Source: an uncultured Bacteroidales bacterium (GTDB lineage: Bacteria; Bacteroidota; Bacteroidia; Bacteroidales; PUMT01). Taken from it: 64,000 nt of DNA. The DNA lies in the NCBI GenBank assembly GCA_964421595.1, contig CAYQXY010000008.1, positions 2,774-66,773 on the forward strand, written 5' to 3'. The notes below the pieces were generated by a model. The model saw only the letters and a list, made by a program, of their open reading frames with translations. It had not been told where the DNA came from and ran no database searches. The position numbers were made by a program, and so were the translations under genes. Position 1 is the stretch's first letter. Every line of letters begins with the position of its first letter. Shown piece after piece: positions 19,614 to 29,502 of the stretch.

Positions 19614-22076
19614 ATGAGATTAATTCTTAATCGTAATAATAATATAAACATGAACTACAAAAACATAACAGTAATACTGCTGATATCATTTACGCTTTTA
19701 AATTCCTGTGGCTTCGATGCTTACAATGTTGTAACCGAAACAGATGAAAAGATCGAGATTTCTCATGTAAATTATAAGATCTCTATAGAAAAGGAGGGCT
19801 TTAAATATTCCTTCCAAAAATCAGATGGTACAGTTATTGCCGATAAACATCCTGTCTCTGGATTACGATTTACAGAAGCCGGCGGAAGCGAATTAATTGA
19901 TGCTCTATTTACGGATCTTTTAGCGCATAATAATGACCATGTTAGCATGCTTGTAACGACATCAGGTGGTGATCAGGCTAATGTAATAATTGATCTTTTT
20001 GAGAATTATGTAAAATTCAGTATTATTCCTTATGCAAATGAACTAACTGCTAACGATGAAGGAGAATCGGCTAATAGTGGAACAAACAATCAGAAAGCAT
20101 TCTATATCATTGATGCACGGACTGCTTCATTAGATCCTGTATATGGTTTAGGCGATTATGGCTCTCACGCCAATGAGTTTAATGATGTAGATGCTCCCTG
20201 TGGATTTCATGTTACTGCAAGAGATGCTGCCAATGTGATGGGTTTGGTAAGGGATGAAATTACAAACCAGGGAAGCTGCAGAAGATTTATTTCAAATTTT
20301 GCAATCTTTCCGGCACATGGCTTTGCCCAGGTGCTGTTTGATGACGGTAAGAAAAGAGTGGGATTTACAGAAGACGAAAATCGCATAGGTGTAGCTGATG
20401 TGGAAAAAGTGAATACCCTGTATTACTTCATTGGGGATGATATGGAGAAAATCTATGCCGACTATAAGAATGTAAGAACGGAAGAAGGCTACCTGGATGT
20501 AAAACCGCGTTATACCATGTTTAATGTAGGTTGGGAGGCGTATGGAGCGCTTGGCTGGAATACATACCAATCTTCTGTAATGGAGAACATTGAAACATAT
20601 CTTGATAAAGGTTTCCCTCTTAAATGGGGTGTTGTTGGCTCCGGATTTTGGATAGGTGCACGCAGTTCAGGGAATGAAGGGACAACTGTAAGCTTCGGGA
20701 TGTGGGACAATACGCCAACTCCAAGAAATGACGGCCTGCCAAACCCAAGGTACCCTGACCCGGAAGCACTTAAGAAGTTATTCTCGGAAAACGAAATAAG
20801 TTTACTAATAGGTATTAGAAACCATTTTAAAGATCCAACAAGTGAAAGGTACAATGAGCAAAATGATGGTTTATTCCCTGTTGAAGCACTTGAGAAAAAT
20901 TATCTTTTGAGGAACCGTGAAGGAATGTTAGTCAGATCGACAAACAATTCATTCCCGGGTGGGCCAATATTTTTTCTTGATAGCTTTAATGAACAAGCAA
21001 TGAAATGGTTTAAAGAAAACTTTGACCTTTGGGGTGTGGATGGCCTAAAAGAAGACGCTATGATTTATGATAAACATTATCAGGATGCCATGTGGAATCC
21101 CTTTAACAAATATCTTTCAGATAATGATTATTTGGTGATTGTTCGAAATGCTGCTTATTCTGTACCGGGCGATCTTATCAGAATTAATGATTCTTATGCC
21201 GGAGCCGGAGAGCATTATCATGCCGACCCTCATCGTATTCCCCTCAATTTATTAAATAATGCGGCCAGTGGCGCAGCAAACGGATATCCGGATATCATAG
21301 GAGGAACACCTGTAACCGGAACCACAAATGATACTTTCAGGAAGTATTATGTGAGAAATGTTATTCTTGCGGCTGTAACACCGGGAATGTCTTTCGGAAG
21401 AGGCCCCTGGTTGATGGAACACCAGGAGTATGAAGAAATTGCATTAAAAGCAGCATTATGGCACGACAAGTATGCTCCTTATATTTATAGCGCAGCCATT
21501 GACAGTTACAATTCAGGATACCCGCATACTATGACACCTTTGCATATAGCCTTTCCCAAAGATGAAAATACGTATAATCTTATAAGCCGTGATAAAAAAC
21601 AGTATCACTGGATGCTTGGGCCGTCAATGCTGGCAACACCTTTATTTGGTACAGACTTCGAAACAGCTGTTTCACGGGATGTGTATCTTCCTGAAGGAAA
21701 ATGGATTGATTATGAAACAGGAAAAGTGTTTTATGGACCAACCACGCTTGAAGCTTATAACTTTCCGGAAAATAAAATCCCTGTTTTTATTGGTGGCAAA
21801 GGTGTAGTCGTATCGAAAGTCAGTCAAAAGTCTGAGAATTTAAATGCAGAAATATTTCCGATTGCTAAAGACGGATCATCTTATACATTCACTTATATTG
21901 ATGGAGAAACAACCTCTACGATCACTAATAATAATTATGGATGGAATCCTGAAACAATGGTGATCAATGATACCACAACAGGTGAAATGGTTGATTTTGA
22001 TTACAATGATACTTCAGGATCATTTAAATTTGCCTTAACGCCAGAGAATAATTACGAATTAACTGGAGGTGAATAA
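19614..22076 (+). CDS. GH31-like glycoside hydrolase (divergent subfamily), copy B, a tandem paralogue of copy A
   Basis: It has the same block order as copy A (GVDGLKEDAMIYD, YPDIIGG, YAPYIYSAAIDSYNSGYPHTMTPL, SRDVYLPEGKWIDYETGK). The probable true start is MNYKNITVILLISFTLLNSCG at 19650 (lipobox). Confidence 0.7.
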   Translation: MRLILNRNNNINMNYKNITVILLISFTLLNSCGFDAYNVVTETDEKIEISHVNYKISIEKEGFKYSFQKSDGTVIADKHPVSGLRFTEAGGSELIDALFTDLLAHNNDHVSMLVTTSGGDQANVIIDLFENYVKFSIIPYANELTANDEGESANSGTNNQKAFYIIDARTASLDPVYGLGDYGSHANEFNDVDAPCGFHVTARDAANVMGLVRDEITNQGSCRRFISNFAIFPAHGFAQVLFDDGKKRVGFTEDENRIGVADVEKVNTLYYFIGDDMEKIYADYKNVRTEEGYLDVKPRYTMFNVGWEAYGALGWNTYQSSVMENIETYLDKGFPLKWGVVGSGFWIGARSSGNEGTTVSFGMWDNTPTPRNDGLPNPRYPDPEALKKLFSENEISLLIGIRNHFKDPTSERYNEQNDGLFPVEALEKNYLLRNREGMLVRSTNNSFPGGPIFFLDSFNEQAMKWFKENFDLWGVDGLKEDAMIYDKHYQDAMWNPFNKYLSDNDYLVIVRNAAYSVPGDLIRINDSYAGAGEHYHADPHRIPLNLLNNAASGAANGYPDIIGGTPVTGTTNDTFRKYYVRNVILAAVTPGMSFGRGPWLMEHQEYEEIALKAALWHDKYAPYIYSAAIDSYNSGYPHTMTPLHIAFPKDENTYNLISRDKKQYHWMLGPSMLATPLFGTDFETAVSRDVYLPEGKWIDYETGKVFYGPTTLEAYNFPENKIPVFIGGKGVVVSKVSQKSENLNAEIFPIAKDGSSYTFTYIDGETTSTITNNNYGWNPETMVINDTTTGEMVDFDYNDTSGSFKFALTPENNYELTGGE

Positions 22077-22244
22077 GGCTATTTATTTAGAAGCGCCGAT
22101 GGCGATCAGTAAGATTCCGGAAAGAATATTTAAATCCATAATTACAAGGTTATAGAAATCATCTCTGCCAGGTTGAGCCTGTCAGTTGCAACCGGGCATA
22201 CGATCAATCAGAACCGACAGGAGCATTTCAAATAAAAAATGATC

Positions 22245-23402
22245 CTACTTCAAAATCATTTGTGTAACACAAACTGCCCGTGGAACAACCAACTCGGTTC
22301 CCGTATAGTTAAGTGCACCCGTTAAAGGGTCCCGGCGAAACACTACGATATGGTTACTATCCCTGTTGGCAACAAAAACCAGTTCCCCGCTTTCATCGAT
22401 CATAAAATTACGGGGATGCTGGCCTGTGGTTGGTTCATGTCCTGCCAGGCTGAGCTCACCCGTGGACTCATCAATAGAAAAAATCACAATACTTTCGTGC
22501 CCTCTGTTGGAAGCATAGAGAAATTTTCCGTCAGGAGAGACATGGATATCAGCGGCGGTGTTACTGCCCTGAAAATCACCTGGAAGCATTGATACCCGCT
22601 GTACCTGCTGCATAGCCCCGCTCTTCTTATCTACGCTAAGCACTGCAATGGTTGAACTGAGTTCTTCCGCCGAATAGGCGTATGCACCATCCGGACGAAA
22701 TGATAAATGCCGGGGGCCAGATCCGGGTGTATTCTCAAACCAGGGGGTGGATGCCGAAGAGAGAGCCCTCTTTTGACGGTCAACTTCATAGATCATGATT
22801 CTATCCAGGCCCAGATCAGAGACATAGACAAATCTGCCGTCGGGCGAGGGATCTGCTGCATGTGCATGGGCAGTTTGTTGTCGTGTGGGATGGATGCTGC
22901 TGCCTCTATGCTGAACAACATCAGAAGCTATATCCAAACCACCGTCATCGCGGATGGGAAGCATGATTGCATTACCGGAAGTGTAGTTGGAGACATAAAC
23001 AAACGATCCCAGCGGGTCAACACTTACATGAGCAGGACCTATTCCCATTACCGATTGTTCATTAATCAATGACAGCATTCCAGTATCCGTGTTGGCCCGG
23101 TAAGCCCCAATGGAATGATGATCGTTTTGATCGGATATCGGTGAACGGCTTGCAGAATATACTACCGGCATTGTTGGGTGAACGGCCTGAAACGATGGTG
23201 ACAACCTGTCGGAAATTGTGTGAAGAAGTTCAAAGCTGAGGTTTTCCCGGTCAAAAGAAAATACATAGAGTCCTTCACCGCCTTCACCATCAAACGTTCC
23301 GGCAATAATAAGCTCTTTGGTCTCATTCTGCAAACATCCGCCAAAGCCAGATAACATGGCAAATACTATCACCACGGCAGCTATTTTGTTCTGAAACTTC
23401 AT
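22245..23402 (-). CDS. Seven-bladed beta-propeller lactonase-family protein (6-phosphogluconolactonase-like), a lipoprotein
   Basis: Lipobox SGFGGC. Repeated blade motifs are present (GPAHVSVDPLGSFVYVSNY; HAADPSPDGRFVYVSDLG; GPRHLSFRPDGAYAYSAEE; IHVSPDGKFLYASNRG; PRNFMIDESGELVFVANRD). Confidence 0.75.
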   Translation of the reverse strand: MKFQNKIAAVVIVFAMLSGFGGCLQNETKELIIAGTFDGEGGEGLYVFSFDRENLSFELLHTISDRLSPSFQAVHPTMPVVYSASRSPISDQNDHHSIGAYRANTDTGMLSLINEQSVMGIGPAHVSVDPLGSFVYVSNYTSGNAIMLPIRDDGGLDIASDVVQHRGSSIHPTRQQTAHAHAADPSPDGRFVYVSDLGLDRIMIYEVDRQKRALSSASTPWFENTPGSGPRHLSFRPDGAYAYSAEELSSTIAVLSVDKKSGAMQQVQRVSMLPGDFQGSNTAADIHVSPDGKFLYASNRGHESIVIFSIDESTGELSLAGHEPTTGQHPRNFMIDESGELVFVANRDSNHIVVFRRDPLTGALNYTGTELVVPRAVCVTQMILK

Positions 23403-23740
23403 AGAAAAATGATTTAGTTATGGGTAACTGAAACTGTTTCTAAAGGTTAATTCACCACCGAAATTTAATACAATTTTTCATTCCTTTGGGAATTATTACA
23501 ATGCTTCCGTTTCCACCAACATCTGTCCTTATGTTCATTCGGTTTCCTGTGTGATCTTTCCCTTCGTTAATCCACCCTGGGAGATGGGATTAACCTGCTA
23601 TGTAATCGGGCGCGCAAACTGGGATTACACCCGGCATGTCGCTTATCCAATTAATTCCCTTGATTCAAATTACCCGTAAAAAATAATTGATAGATGAATT
23701 GTTATTATTATTATTGTTATTATTATTTAAAACCCACATC

Positions 23741-25879
23741 ATGAATATGATCAGGATATTGCTGCCCTTTATTTTTATCATATCTGCCGGTGCACAAACC
23801 CCGGTATGGACAGAAATAGAAGCTGGAGTATGGAAAACTGTTATTGGAAATCCCGATGAATTCGACCTTCTAAAAGCCGCCGATGTTAATCCCCGTTCCA
23901 GGGCATTGGCAAACATGGGCCATGCTGATTTTCCCTTATCTCCAGAGGATATAACGGCTCAACAGTTTGACCTTAAAACTTATTTAAAGTTTCCGCTGGT
24001 AAGAGATGAGCAGATTTACGGCTTTGGCCTTAACTTCAAAACAGTGCAGCAGCGGGGAAGGATTATGCAACTGCATGTCGATCATTACGGGGGCCAGGAT
24101 AATGGCCGTACCCATGCACCTGTACCATTCTATGTCTCAAATTTGGGTTACGGAGTTTTTGTAAACAGCGCCAGGTATATCACAGTATACGCCGGGACGG
24201 CAGTCCGCCACGACAGTCCGGATGCACCAGAGCCGCTGGACCGTAATGTCGACAGGAACTGGACATCCAGCCCCTATTCTGATGCGGTTGAAATGGTTAT
24301 CCCTGCAGAAGGGGTGGAAATATATCTGTTTGCCGGACCGACTCCTCTGGATGTTGTAAGGCGGTTCAACCTTTTTAACGGGGGAGGTGCTTTGCCGCCC
24401 CGCTGGGGAATGGGATTTACTCACAGGGTGCCCCGCCTGTACACTGCCTCAGATGTTGGGCAGGAAGTCAGGGACTTTAATGAACGGGGTTTCCCGCTTG
24501 ATTTCATCGGACTTGAACCGGGATGGCAGAGCAAATCCTATCCCTGTACCTTCGAATGGGATAAAACACGTTTCCCTGATCCGGCAGGCTTTGTTGACGG
24601 TTTAAAGGCCATGGGGATAAGGCTCAATTTGTGGACCAATCCTTATATTTCTCCTGATTCACCAATATATGAACCTTTAAAGCCTTTTGTGGGTTCACAC
24701 ACTGTGTGGGGAGGCACAGTGCCTGATCTGACAATTCCTGAAGCCCGCAAAATCATAATTGACCAGATTGACAAAGATCAGGTCAGCATAGGCATCAGTG
24801 GTTACAAAATAGACGAAGTTGATGGTTACGACAGATGGCTGTGGCCTGATGTTGCCCGCTTCCCATCCGGAACGAGTGCTGAACAGTTGCGACAGACTTA
24901 TGGACTTCTGATTCAGAAAATGACAACTCAATTGTATCGTGAAAAGAATATACGGACATACGGACTGGTGCGGGCTTCCAACGGGGGAGGATCATCATTT
25001 CCTTATGTTATCTATAATGATTATTACAATCATGAAGATTTTATAACAGCACTTATCAATAGCAGTTTTTCAGGAGTCCTGTGGACACCTGAAGCACGCA
25101 ATTCCGGGTCGGCCGAAGAGTGGATCAGGCGTATGCAAACAGTGTGTTTTTCTCCGATGGCTATGATAAATGCATGGTCTTCCGGAACCAAACCCTGGTC
25201 ATTTGAGGAAGTAGAAGAAGAAGTAAGGCAGGTCGCCATGCTGCGCATGCAACTGATTCCTTATTTTTATTCCGAGTTTGCCAAATATCATTTTGAAGGA
25301 ACTCCTCCGTTCCGGGCGATGAACCTGGAGCCGGGATTTAATGTCAAAGCAACTACTGAACTGGTAAATGAAAATCTTACAGAAAATCCCTATACAGAAG
25401 CTGTAACCCGGGAAGTCAAAGACCAGTATATGGCAGGTGAATTTATATTGGTAGCCCCTTTGTTTTCAGGACAGACAACCCGTAATGTAATTTTACCACA
25501 GGGAAAATGGTATGATTTCTATACCGGTGATTATGTCGGAGAAGGTGAAATAATTTCGGTTTCTGCAGGACTGGATAAAATACCGTTGTTTGTAAAAGAT
25601 GGCGCTATTATTCCGATGACATCTCCGGCATTGCGTGCTTCCGCTGCAGATGAAAAATTTGATATTGAAGTCCGTCATTATGGCCATGAAAATGGGAGCT
25701 ACATGTTTTACGATGATGATGGTGAAACTTTTGATTATGAAAAAGGAATGTTTAGCTGGCGTGAACTGAAAATAGAAGATGCCGGAAATGGCCAGTTCAG
25801 AACAAGTATTTCTCCCGTGGGGAATGGTAAGCCTGACAATATTGGTAATGTTACATGGAGACACATGACTTCAAGATAG
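23741..25879 (+). CDS. GH31 glycoside hydrolase (alpha-glucosidase/xylosidase type)
   Basis: GH31 blocks include ISGYKIDEVDG, YGLVRASNGGGSSFPYV, WIRRMQTVCFSPMAMINAW, LIPYFYSEF and NVILPQGKWYDFYTGD..IPLFVKDGAIIP. Start is placed at MNMIRILLPFIFIISAGAQ. The listed 23687 start would add an odd poly-Leu stretch encoded by an ATT/TTA repeat. Confidence 0.8.
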   Translation: MNMIRILLPFIFIISAGAQTPVWTEIEAGVWKTVIGNPDEFDLLKAADVNPRSRALANMGHADFPLSPEDITAQQFDLKTYLKFPLVRDEQIYGFGLNFKTVQQRGRIMQLHVDHYGGQDNGRTHAPVPFYVSNLGYGVFVNSARYITVYAGTAVRHDSPDAPEPLDRNVDRNWTSSPYSDAVEMVIPAEGVEIYLFAGPTPLDVVRRFNLFNGGGALPPRWGMGFTHRVPRLYTASDVGQEVRDFNERGFPLDFIGLEPGWQSKSYPCTFEWDKTRFPDPAGFVDGLKAMGIRLNLWTNPYISPDSPIYEPLKPFVGSHTVWGGTVPDLTIPEARKIIIDQIDKDQVSIGISGYKIDEVDGYDRWLWPDVARFPSGTSAEQLRQTYGLLIQKMTTQLYREKNIRTYGLVRASNGGGSSFPYVIYNDYYNHEDFITALINSSFSGVLWTPEARNSGSAEEWIRRMQTVCFSPMAMINAWSSGTKPWSFEEVEEEVRQVAMLRMQLIPYFYSEFAKYHFEGTPPFRAMNLEPGFNVKATTELVNENLTENPYTEAVTREVKDQYMAGEFILVAPLFSGQTTRNVILPQGKWYDFYTGDYVGEGEIISVSAGLDKIPLFVKDGAIIPMTSPALRASAADEKFDIEVRHYGHENGSYMFYDDDGETFDYEKGMFSWRELKIEDAGNGQFRTSISPVGNGKPDNIGNVTWRHMTSR

Positions 25880-26085
25880 ATAATTTTTCCACGATAAAGT
25901 TGTTTGGGGAAATATTTTCGGGATGAGTTCCAGTATTAATCTAAATCTGATATGATGAAATGGTATATTTTTTATTGTAAACCTAATGATTACCGGTGCC
26001 TGTAATTTAACAAGAACCACATCCGGAGAGGTCCAATGGATAAAACCATGGTCATAAAATCCTTCTAATAAATTAGAATTCAGTT

Positions 26086-27555
26086 ATGAACAAAATCTTT
26101 TATTCTTCTCTAATTATTCCATTTTGTATTTACGGGTGCGCAGAATCAGGGCCGGAAGAAAAGCAGCCAAATGTGTTATTTATAGCCATTGATGATTTAA
26201 GACCTGAATTGGGAAGCTATGGCAATACAGTTGTAAAGTCGCCCAATATGGATAAACTTGCCGGATCAGCAAGTGTCTTCGCCAATCATTATGTAAATGT
26301 TCCGACCTGTGGAGCATCTCGTAACAGCTTATTAACCGGAATGCTTCCCCGGACAAGGTTTCATTTGGCAAATAACGTCATGAGGGATCTTATCTCCGGT
26401 GAACCTGAAACAGAAAGGCCCGAGACTTTCATTCATCATTTGCGAAGAAACGGCTATTATACGGTTGGGATTGGGAAGATCAGCCATTATCCTGAGGGTT
26501 TGTTGTATGAATACGAGGAACCGGTGGGGACATCCAGGGAACTGCCTCACAGCTGGGATGAGATACCTTTTGATGCAGGTATATGGGGAACCGGCTGGAA
26601 CGCTTTCTTTGGATATGCAGATGGTGAAAACCGTCAAAGCATGAACCGCCAGGTAAAACCATATGAAAAGGGTAATGTTGGTGATGATGATTACCCGGAT
26701 GGAATTATTGCAAACCTTGCTATAGGGAAGTTGCAGGAACTGGCAGAAAGGGATTCTCCTTTTTTTCTGGGAGTAGGATTTTTTAAACCTCACCTGCCTT
26801 TTAATGCCCCGGCCAAATACTGGGATATGTATAACAGGGAGGACATGCCTCTGTCTCCCAATCCTTATATTCCGGAAAATGTCAGTACCGCAAGCCTTCA
26901 CAGGAGTGGTGAATTTGGCAGTTACGAGCTTGGTGATGAAAATGCATCTCTTGATGGCCCCGTTTCTGACGAATATGCCCGCAAATTAATGCATGCATAT
27001 TTAGCCTGTGTTAGTTATATAGATGCCCTTGTCGGGGAATTAATTGATGAACTTGAAAGACTTGATTTAGCCGGTAATACAATAATAGTAATCTGGGGTG
27101 ATCATGGTTGGCATCTGGGAGATCACCTGATATGGGGTAAGCATACCGTTTTTGAAAGATCGCTGAGAAGCCCGCTTATAATCAAGGTGCCCGGACAAAA
27201 CGAAGGAAACGTAATCAAGAGGATAGTCAGCACAACTGATATTTATCCTTCAATAATAGAACTTTCCGGTGTGGATATGCCCCATGAGACAGATGGAAAA
27301 AGTCTGGTGCCATTAATGAAAAACCCCCTTTCTGAATGGGAAGATGCAGCTTACGGGTACTTCAGGAGTGGAATTTCTTTACGATCCAACAGGTACCGGA
27401 TGACAAAATATTTCAGGGAACAACAGCCGGTTATCGAATTATATGATCACAACAATGATCCGAATGAAACTAAAAATATTGCTGATGAAAACCCTGACAT
27501 AATCGAAAATCTGATGCCACTCTGGGAAAAAGGCAATACCGGTCTGTTTGATTAG
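26086..27555 (+). CDS. S1 sulfatase (Cys-type), with a CxAxR variant of the formylglycine motif
   Basis: PNVLFIAIDDLRPELGSYG and VPTCGASRNSLLTG, with CGASR at nt 26308-26322. Signal peptide present. Confidence 0.88.
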   Translation: MNKIFYSSLIIPFCIYGCAESGPEEKQPNVLFIAIDDLRPELGSYGNTVVKSPNMDKLAGSASVFANHYVNVPTCGASRNSLLTGMLPRTRFHLANNVMRDLISGEPETERPETFIHHLRRNGYYTVGIGKISHYPEGLLYEYEEPVGTSRELPHSWDEIPFDAGIWGTGWNAFFGYADGENRQSMNRQVKPYEKGNVGDDDYPDGIIANLAIGKLQELAERDSPFFLGVGFFKPHLPFNAPAKYWDMYNREDMPLSPNPYIPENVSTASLHRSGEFGSYELGDENASLDGPVSDEYARKLMHAYLACVSYIDALVGELIDELERLDLAGNTIIVIWGDHGWHLGDHLIWGKHTVFERSLRSPLIIKVPGQNEGNVIKRIVSTTDIYPSIIELSGVDMPHETDGKSLVPLMKNPLSEWEDAAYGYFRSGISLRSNRYRMTKYFREQQPVIELYDHNNDPNETKNIADENPDIIENLMPLWEKGNTGLFD

Positions 27556-27952
27556 ATCACGGATCCGCATCCGAGTTACGGAAATTAAGTTATTATTTCA
27601 ACTTGCCCACGAAAGTATTAGTAATAATTTTGACGCATTTCAATTGCCCCTGTTTTAACCTGAATTATTCGCAAACTCTAATTTTAAGCTCTTTGACAAT
27701 GAATTGCGGGCCATGGGGTTTGTTTTCTAATTGCAGGAACCACATGGAGGGCAAATGGTCTGAAAAGTTTATGAATTAATCAGGTTAGTCAACAAAGAGA
27801 ATAGAAAGAGATATTTTCTGGCAGTACCTCAATTAAAGGGCTTGCCGCCGCGGGGAGCGCTTAGTCGGGATTCTTTTTTTTCTCACCATATAAACACATA
27901 TTTTGGCCTATATTGTATGTCCGTTGATTTAAGGGACCAATACACTGCAGTC

Positions 27953-29354
27953 CTATTTTTCAACAGATAATAAAGCCACCCAGTTCCCGAAAAACCGGGG
28001 TTTAAGCTCAATTTCAACACCGCCAATAATTGTTTCACTTCCTTCCCACACCGCCGCTTCAATATTTAACCATTTAAGATTATAAGTACCGGGATAATCA
28101 GTGAGATTAAGAATAACATTACCCCCATCAGGAAAATATACTACAATATCGTTAAAACTGTTTTTCGCAAGGTATGCTTCATCCGGATCCCTGTCTAGAA
28201 GTAATGTTGAATTTACATCCGGCAAACTCGTAAAAAAATTTTACTCATTGGCCAGTACTGATGCACTAAGCATATGCTTTTGAGCTCTTTCTGATATGCC
28301 GATACCATACGGTGGCCGGTGAAACCTTACAGAGGCTGCTCCTCCGATAATACTGCGCCAAAAACGTTCTATACCATGGGTTGGTCCGCTTGTCCATGAT
28401 CCAATTAAACCACCATACAACTTAACATGGTTAATGGGCCGGGGATCTGGTGCGATATAATTCCTGACCCACTGAAGGTAAACCCAATGTTCCTGATTGG
28501 AATTAAATGAATTCTGAGACAATTCAATATAAGAGTACTTGTCTGGAAAATCAAGCGAGGCCTTATGCTGATCATGTTTGATATCAACAGTTTGAAACAT
28601 TTCGGTAACCTCTATGCCGATTCCGGCAACTTTGGCCTTTTCTCTTATATAATCACTCCAATACCAGCCCCATTCAGGTGAATACTGAGAAAAGATCTCG
28701 TTGGTTATACAATACAGAACATGATCAAATTTTAAAGAAATTGACATGAGTTTATCTACGAATTTTTGCTGATAGGAAAGCAACAACTTATCATTGTTTA
28801 GTTTCGGAACAGACCTGAAAAAATGACTTATATAGGTGGGTCTGTGCCCATAAGGCTCACTTTTCAACTTTGTATTTGTTTCTGTAAACAGGGTATTATT
28901 CGACGGATTCCATGGATTATCAGGCCAATATCCAGTAAAATCATGAAATGCATATTTCAATCTGAACAAATATATTTCGTTCAGCTGATAACTCTAAAAG
29001 CCTTTCGAACCTGTTCCAATATTCTTCATTAAAAGAATCAGGATTATACATATCACCCGATTTGATAAAAGGCGCTTCATTATTCTCATCACGGCAACTC
29101 ATCGTATTGCGTATATAATTGCCTCCATTTAACCGGATTAGGTCAAGTTCACTTTCAAGATTTTCAATTTGAAATAAATTATCATCACTGCTCCCACCGA
29201 TAAGTAAAACAGGCCGGCCATCGTATTGCCAAAAATATTGATTTTGTAAATAAGGTTGTATTCGCCGCTGGTCATAACTTTGTGCAACAATAAGGTTGGC
29301 AGAGCTTAAGATCAGCCATGTAAAGAGGAATATTTTTTTCATTGATATTATCAT
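27953..29354 (-). pseudogene. Disrupted TIM-barrel glycoside-hydrolase-like gene with a C-terminal beta-sandwich; one frameshift and one in-frame stop
   Basis: Three consecutive minus-strand ORFs read as one protein (29354..28941, 28969..28241, 28225..27953). ORF1 to ORF2 needs a +1 shift near 28960-28985. ORF2 and ORF3 are in the same frame and are separated by a TAA at 28241-28243 (..SVLANE*NFFTSLPDVNST..). Signal peptide present. The family is uncertain. Confidence 0.65.
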
Positions 29355-29374
29355 ATTTAGTTAGTTGATAAATT

Positions 29375-29490
29375 CATAACATCATTTACACTTTCGAAGC
29401 ATAACACCGTTTACACTTTATTCTGATTTTGTAGCATAAGATCGTTTGCAATTTTAATTTCATACATATAGCATAACTTCGTTTACACTT
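29375..29490. repeat. Four direct copies of a roughly 19-bp motif (CATAAnnnCnTTTaCAcTT)
   Basis: The copies are cataacatcatttacactt (29375-29393), cataacaccgtttacactt (29400-29418), cataagatcgtttgcaatt (29435-29453) and cataacttcgtttacactt (29472-29490). They lie in the 148-bp gap between the sulfatase stop (29503) and the pseudogene start (29354). Confidence 0.75.
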
Positions 29491-29502
29491 AGTTCTATTA
29501 AA

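Noticed and set aside
23687-23740. Upstream ATG that would give the GH31 protein an MIDELLLLLLLLLFKTHI N-terminal extension.
   Set aside because: The poly-Leu stretch is just the translation of the ATT/TTA repeat. A normal signal peptide (MNMIRILLPFIFIISAGAQ) starts at 23741.
25880-26085. Short ATG-initiated reading frames in the gap between GH31 and the first sulfatase (for example MMKWYIFYCKPNDYRCL).
   Set aside because: They are too short, have no recognisable motif and have no supporting context.
29375-29490. Whether the four direct repeats could be a small CRISPR array.
   Set aside because: The units are only about 19 bp, imperfect and irregularly spaced (25, 35 and 37 bp). There are no cas genes. 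They are not CRISPR-like.
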